From Marsupella aquatica (lineage: Eukaryota > Plantae > Marchantiophyta): a DNA stretch of 64,000 bases. The DNA lies in the NCBI GenBank assembly GCA_973895155.1, contig OZ316894.1, forward strand, positions 6,658,234 to 6,722,233. The letters are read 5' to 3'. The translations under genes and the position numbers were made by a program. The notes under the pieces are model-generated. The model was not told the origin of the DNA, made no database searches, and saw only the letters and a list, made by a program, of their open reading frames with translations. Shown here in pieces: positions 62,082 to 64,000 of this stretch (its first letter is position 1; every line of letters starts with the position of its first letter).

Positions 62082-63568
62082 TCAGGCCTCCCACAAGGAT
62101 CCACCTGGCTGCCTGTTCAGCTGCAACACACGAGCCATGACTGCCCTCTGTAACCTTGTACCAGCTGCTCTTGCCCTCCTACTCCTGGCAATGTCAGAAT
62201 GTATGTTTCCGCCTACATGTCTATCATCCTCTTCAGGAGGGCCAGGTGGCCATGCAGACATTTCAGCTTCTGTCCACTCATCCCTTTGTCCTAAAACATA
62301 GTTGTGCAGTAGCGCACACACACGAATCCAACGGCACATCCACACATTATCCTTTTTCCCATTAAGCTGTGTGCGTATCTCTTTCAAAGAAAACCAACAC
62401 GATTTGAGAACCCCGATGCAATGCTCGTTCACATATCTAGTCTTTGCAATACATGTATTCCAATCCTCTTTGTCCTTCTATCCAAATGTATTTTTGTAAG
62501 CTGCCACCATGTGAGGTGCATTCACATAACCTGAATCCCCAATGAGATACTGGCCTTCATCAAATGCAGAGTTTCCATGAATTTTTTGCCAAAGGATGTT
62601 CCTCTTCAAGACTGTGATGTCTGAACAAGACCCCGGCATTCCTGTCATTGCACTTCAAAACATGAGCAAGTTACAATTCATAAATTTAGAGTAATACATA
62701 AATCATGCAAAGAAAAACAATAATGGTCCTCACCTGCGCTGAGGTAAGTTATTTTTCTCTTATGGTCGCAAACTACCTGTGCATTGATGGAGTATCTTGA
62801 TTTCCTGTCAAAGTAACACTCCCCGTGATTTTTGGGACGTTGTGTCAATGGCAGGGTAGTACCGTCAATCAGGCCTATGCACCCATGGAAGCCCTTCTTT
62901 GAAAATTCCTGTGATATCTGACTTCGCTCAATCCTATCCGGCCATTTGAGCAAATCAGTAAGGGCACACTCCAAGGCAGTGATGCATCTACTTGTGTAGT
63001 TCACACAGGATCCAATACTGACACCCCAAAGAAGCAGAGTTCTCTTCAAACAAACTCCATTTCCTGTATGTCCCAACCTATCTAAACAGGTGGCTAGTTG
63101 AAGTGAGACTGGGGCCTGTTGATGATGTGAATTGTTCAAGAAAATAGGATTCAATTCAATCAAGGCCAGGAGGCCAAAAAAAGCGTCTTTATCCATCCTA
63201 CAAATTTGCCGGAAGTCACTATGGGGGAGGATTGTTTGAAAAAATGTGTCAGCAAATTCCTTAGCTCGAGGAGTTTTAGATCTTTTCTCATAGTACCTCT
63301 CGCTATCCAACAGAGCATACAAGTCCAGCCACTGGGATGGTTTTGCATTCAGATCAGTGGGATCACTTGTTATTCCATCATCTGAATCTGAAGATGAGTC
63401 AGCATCAGCAATATCACTATTTGAGGTGATGAAGCCACTACTCTGAGAGGAGGAATCAGAGGACCCACTCATGCCATCATTGTCAGTAGAGCTTTCCATC
63501 ATGATACTCAAATAAAGTTGTTCTCGAGCCCATTTCAGACATTGTTGGCGATTTGAGACCTTTGGCAT
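62082..63568 (-). pseudogene. PIF/Harbinger DDE transposase (HARBI1-like); exons 63568-62734 and 62641-62082, one premature stop
   Basis: Motifs FRQICRM, GCIGLIDGT, YFDRKSRYSINAQVVCD, PGSCSD, YLIGDSGY and NEHCIGVLK..W..L, LHN. TAG at 62480-62478. Confidence 0.93.
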
Positions 63569-64000
63569 GATTTGAGAATGGCAATTTTCACCCCGACACT
63601 GCAAGGGAGCACATACAACACTCTTTCAACATACGCAATTACAATCAGAACTGGAAAAGGTGATTTTCATTTGAAATATATCATGATCGTGGATACATAT
63701 ATCACAGAACCTATAGTAGTACACAGAACTGTTAGTCCTACGCCCTGAATGAAAGCTAGTCCTCATCACCTAAATCTACACTCCTAATAGCCTTGCAGAG
63801 CTCCTCCAACAATTTCTTAGTAGAACCCCGAGTAGAAGTGCCTGTTTTTGCAGGAGTACATTTGCTTTTAGTCGGTGTCTGGTAAGAACTACTTCCAGAT
63901 TTTGGACTCCCGCAACAGTGTAACGTAATAGGCATAGGGATTTGCGGAGCATTCAACAAAGTCAAATGCTGTATTGTGATTCCCTTGTCCGTAGTTCTCA

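Larger units (their letters stand above)
59560..64000. mobile_element. PIF/Harbinger DNA transposon (termini not resolved; probably runs off the window)
   Basis: Canonical two-gene arrangement of transposase plus Myb/SANT-like protein. Confidence 0.85.

Overview
Eukaryotic land-plant genomic DNA with spliceosomal introns, a plant-type U2 snRNA and plastid-targeted genes; a bryophyte/liverwort origin is an inference only. The left ~27 kb is a rearranged, triplicated region (copies oriented -, +, -). It carries three paralogues of a two-exon gene for a signal-peptide-bearing, repetitive precursor. That precursor strings together two kinds of short peptide module: a DY-initiated 13-mer resembling RGF/GLV sulfated peptides (DYTPPETHPPAPD) and an IDA/PIP/CEP-like module (FVQKPRNTRVPPSGMPAPGDH). 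Two paralogues look intact and one is a pseudogene. The same region contains Copia remnants, a solo LTR, a MITE with an 8-bp TSD and a Helitron-like element carrying a polymerase-like fragment. It also shows a recurrent 4-bp insertion signature (XY to XY-revcomp(XY)-XY). The right half holds a 5'-truncated Copia element, an orphan PSA3-like exon, an SNRNP25-like gene, a U2 snRNA gene, a 13-exon chloroplast trigger factor gene and a PIF/Harbinger transposon (transposase plus Myb/SANT-like partner). All calls were made by eye, without database searches.
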